In this document: in pieces, positions 62,171-64,000 of the stretch
Layout: every line of letters begins with the position of its first letter
Position numbering within the stretch: position 1 is the stretch's first letter
Assembly: GCA_028534125.1 (NCBI GenBank)
Contig: JAPYYK010000086.1
Location: forward strand, 434,001 to 498,000
Reading direction: 5' to 3'
DNA length: 64,000 nucleotides
From: Lama glama
Lineage: Eukaryota
Notes under the pieces: model-generated
What the model was told of the DNA's origin: nothing
Databases searched by the model: none
The model's input: only the letters and a program-made list of their open reading frames with translations
Made by a program: the position numbers and the translations under genes

Positions 62171-62356
62171 TTTTTTTTTTCTCTGTGATTTATCATAACA
62201 TTTTGTGTATATTTCCCTGTGCTATACAGTGTAATCTTGTTTATCTATTCTACAATTTTGAAATCCCAGTCTATCCCTTCCCACCCTCTACCCACCCTGC
62301 CCAGTAACCACAAGTCTGTATTCTCTGTCCATGAGTCTATTTCTGTCCTGTATTTA
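62171..62356 (-). mobile_element. Young camelid-type L1 3'UTR fragment inserted in L2
   Basis: CTCTGTGATTTATCATAACATTTTGTGTATATTTCCCTGTGCTATACAGTGTAATCTTG...AACCACAAGTCTGTATTCTCTGTC. Confidence 0.8.
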
Positions 62357-62496
62357 AGAGCCTTAGTAAGACTGAAGAAGAGCAGGAGAGGGCTAGATCC
62401 TGACCAGCCAAACCACCTCCTCCATTATTCTCTCTGCTTGGTTCCTCTGCATGTCTGTGTTTCCAACTGGCCAAGTTCTTCATCTTAGACCCTTAA

Positions 62497-62557
62497 GCAT
62501 GCACACACATGCGCGCACACATGCATGCACACGCGCGCACACACACACACACACACA
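62497..62557. repeat. 61-bp alternating purine-pyrimidine tract (CA/CG/TG microsatellite)
   Basis: gcatgcacacacatgcgcgcacacatgcatgcacacgcgcgc(ac)n seen directly. Confidence 0.95.
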
Positions 62558-64000
62558 GTGTTCCTACTGCTTGCATGTTTTTACTACCCTCTTTTTACTC
62601 CATCAACTCTTAGTTATTCATCTCTTTTGGCCTTTGAGCAACAGTTAATTGCCTCCTTGGGAAGCCTTCCCTTTCTCTCCTGGACAATGGGGATCCCACT
62701 GTAATTGCTTAGCCTGGAGTTTTTTTTCCCCTTCACAGCTCTCATTACAATTGCAGTCACTGTGTAATTATTTCTTTAAGATATGTCTCCCTGGCTGGAC
62801 TAGAGTTTTGACTGACTTACTGCTCTCTTCCAGTTTCTGATATAGTGCCTGACATCTAGGAATTGTAAACAGATTTTTATGATAATTTTTATTGAATGAC
62901 TGACATGGCAAGCGGATGGGAGGCAGAGGGACCATACCCAGGGCAGAGGCACAAATGCTGAACACACAGGTGTGGCCAATGCTAATTAAAAGTCTGTTAA
63001 GGTCATGAGGAAGCTAAATCTTGGACTCCCACTAAACTTATTTCCAGAATTGCTTCCTTTAAAAAATATAGACAACTGGACATTTAGCAGAGAATTTCAT
63101 TACTTTCCTATCAATTCCAGTGTGTTTTTGAAATTATACACCTGACAGTGTTTCCATCTTCACTTGACATATTAATGTGTCCTAAAGTGAAGTCGCTCAG
63201 TTACTAAAGCTGACAGGTTTTTTCTAAGGTAACATTTAAAGATTTACAGAACCATAACATTTTAGAGATGATTCGTGTTCATCTGAATATGACCTGGTCT
63301 TACGAATTTTGAAAAAGGGGAAGAATATTGACAAAAGAACATGCAGTCCCTCCCTTAGCCTTACTGAAGTGATTAAAATGCAGTAGATCATGGCTGCTCC
63401 ACATACTTGGGAGGAGAATACCAAATCACAGCTCCCAAAAGACACCCAGGAAGAGTGCATGCTGGGAACACAAATGCCTTCTGTATGCAGTCACCATACT
63501 TCTCCCCGGCTATGCTGCTTTTCTAAAGGGCAGTTCTCAATGATTAATTTAGAAATTGTATCTTGGCATGAAAATGAAATCTTGAAGAGTCTAAAAAATC
63601 ATATTGGTTATGTGTGTGCGCCTCCATATAAAGTGAAGTGGGAATGCCTACAACACCAGCTCAAATTCAATGCTTCATTCAATGGATGATAATCAAAGCT
63701 TTAGTAAAGTTGCTTTCCCTGTGTTGTTAATAACAAGGTGACATTTACAAAACTATTAAACTGTAAAGCCCATTATGGTTTAATGCCAATTCTTGAACAT
63801 GAACCTTGTAATATACTCATTAAGAAAAACCATTTGAGCCATTTAAATAAATAGTATCAAACCATGGCAGAATTAGAATGAGTTGCCTCCCAATGGGCTC
63901 AGGTAGAGGAGAGTAAAGATATCGCTTGTGTAGGCTGGTAATTTGTTCTGGAGCCTGACGTCTGATGGTGGCCAGCAGCTCCTGACATCACCCAGGATAG

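Noticed and set aside
1-64000. Naming the host gene; CRISPR, tRNA, rRNA, intact ERV/L1 ORFs or a prokaryote-style novel system
   Set aside because: None of the candidate peptides matched a protein I can recall. No repeat-spacer arrays, cloverleafs, rRNA or intact gag/pol/env/ORF2 are present, and the sequence is repeat-rich mammalian DNA.

Overview
This is eutherian mammal genomic DNA, probably camelid: the youngest L1 3' ends (6966-7060, 62171-62356) match the camelid L1 3'UTR as I remember it, and I see no Alu, B1, BovB/Bov-tA or PRE-1 SINEs. A large share of the window is recognisable old transposon debris (L1M, L2, MIR, MaLR MLT1, MER21, MER41-like and other LTRs, Tigger and hAT MITEs), with microsatellites and two assembly gaps. 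None of the supplied ORFs is a credible stand-alone gene, and there is no prokaryote-type system, CRISPR array, tRNA or rRNA. The unique sequence carries a series of minus-strand AG...GT-bounded segments, best at 24741-24850, 29484-29507, 48343-48389 and 13182-13484. These suggest the interior of a large minus-strand gene or lncRNA with several candidate microexons. I could not identify the gene, so every exon call is a prediction. The best-supported oddities are a polyadenylated MER41-like LTR apparently retroposed by L1 (39962-40501), and a second inverted MER41-like solo LTR 1.2 kb away that keeps an intact GAS/STAT motif. I found no convincing new biological system. Repeat subfamily names are from memory and most repeat boundaries are approximate.
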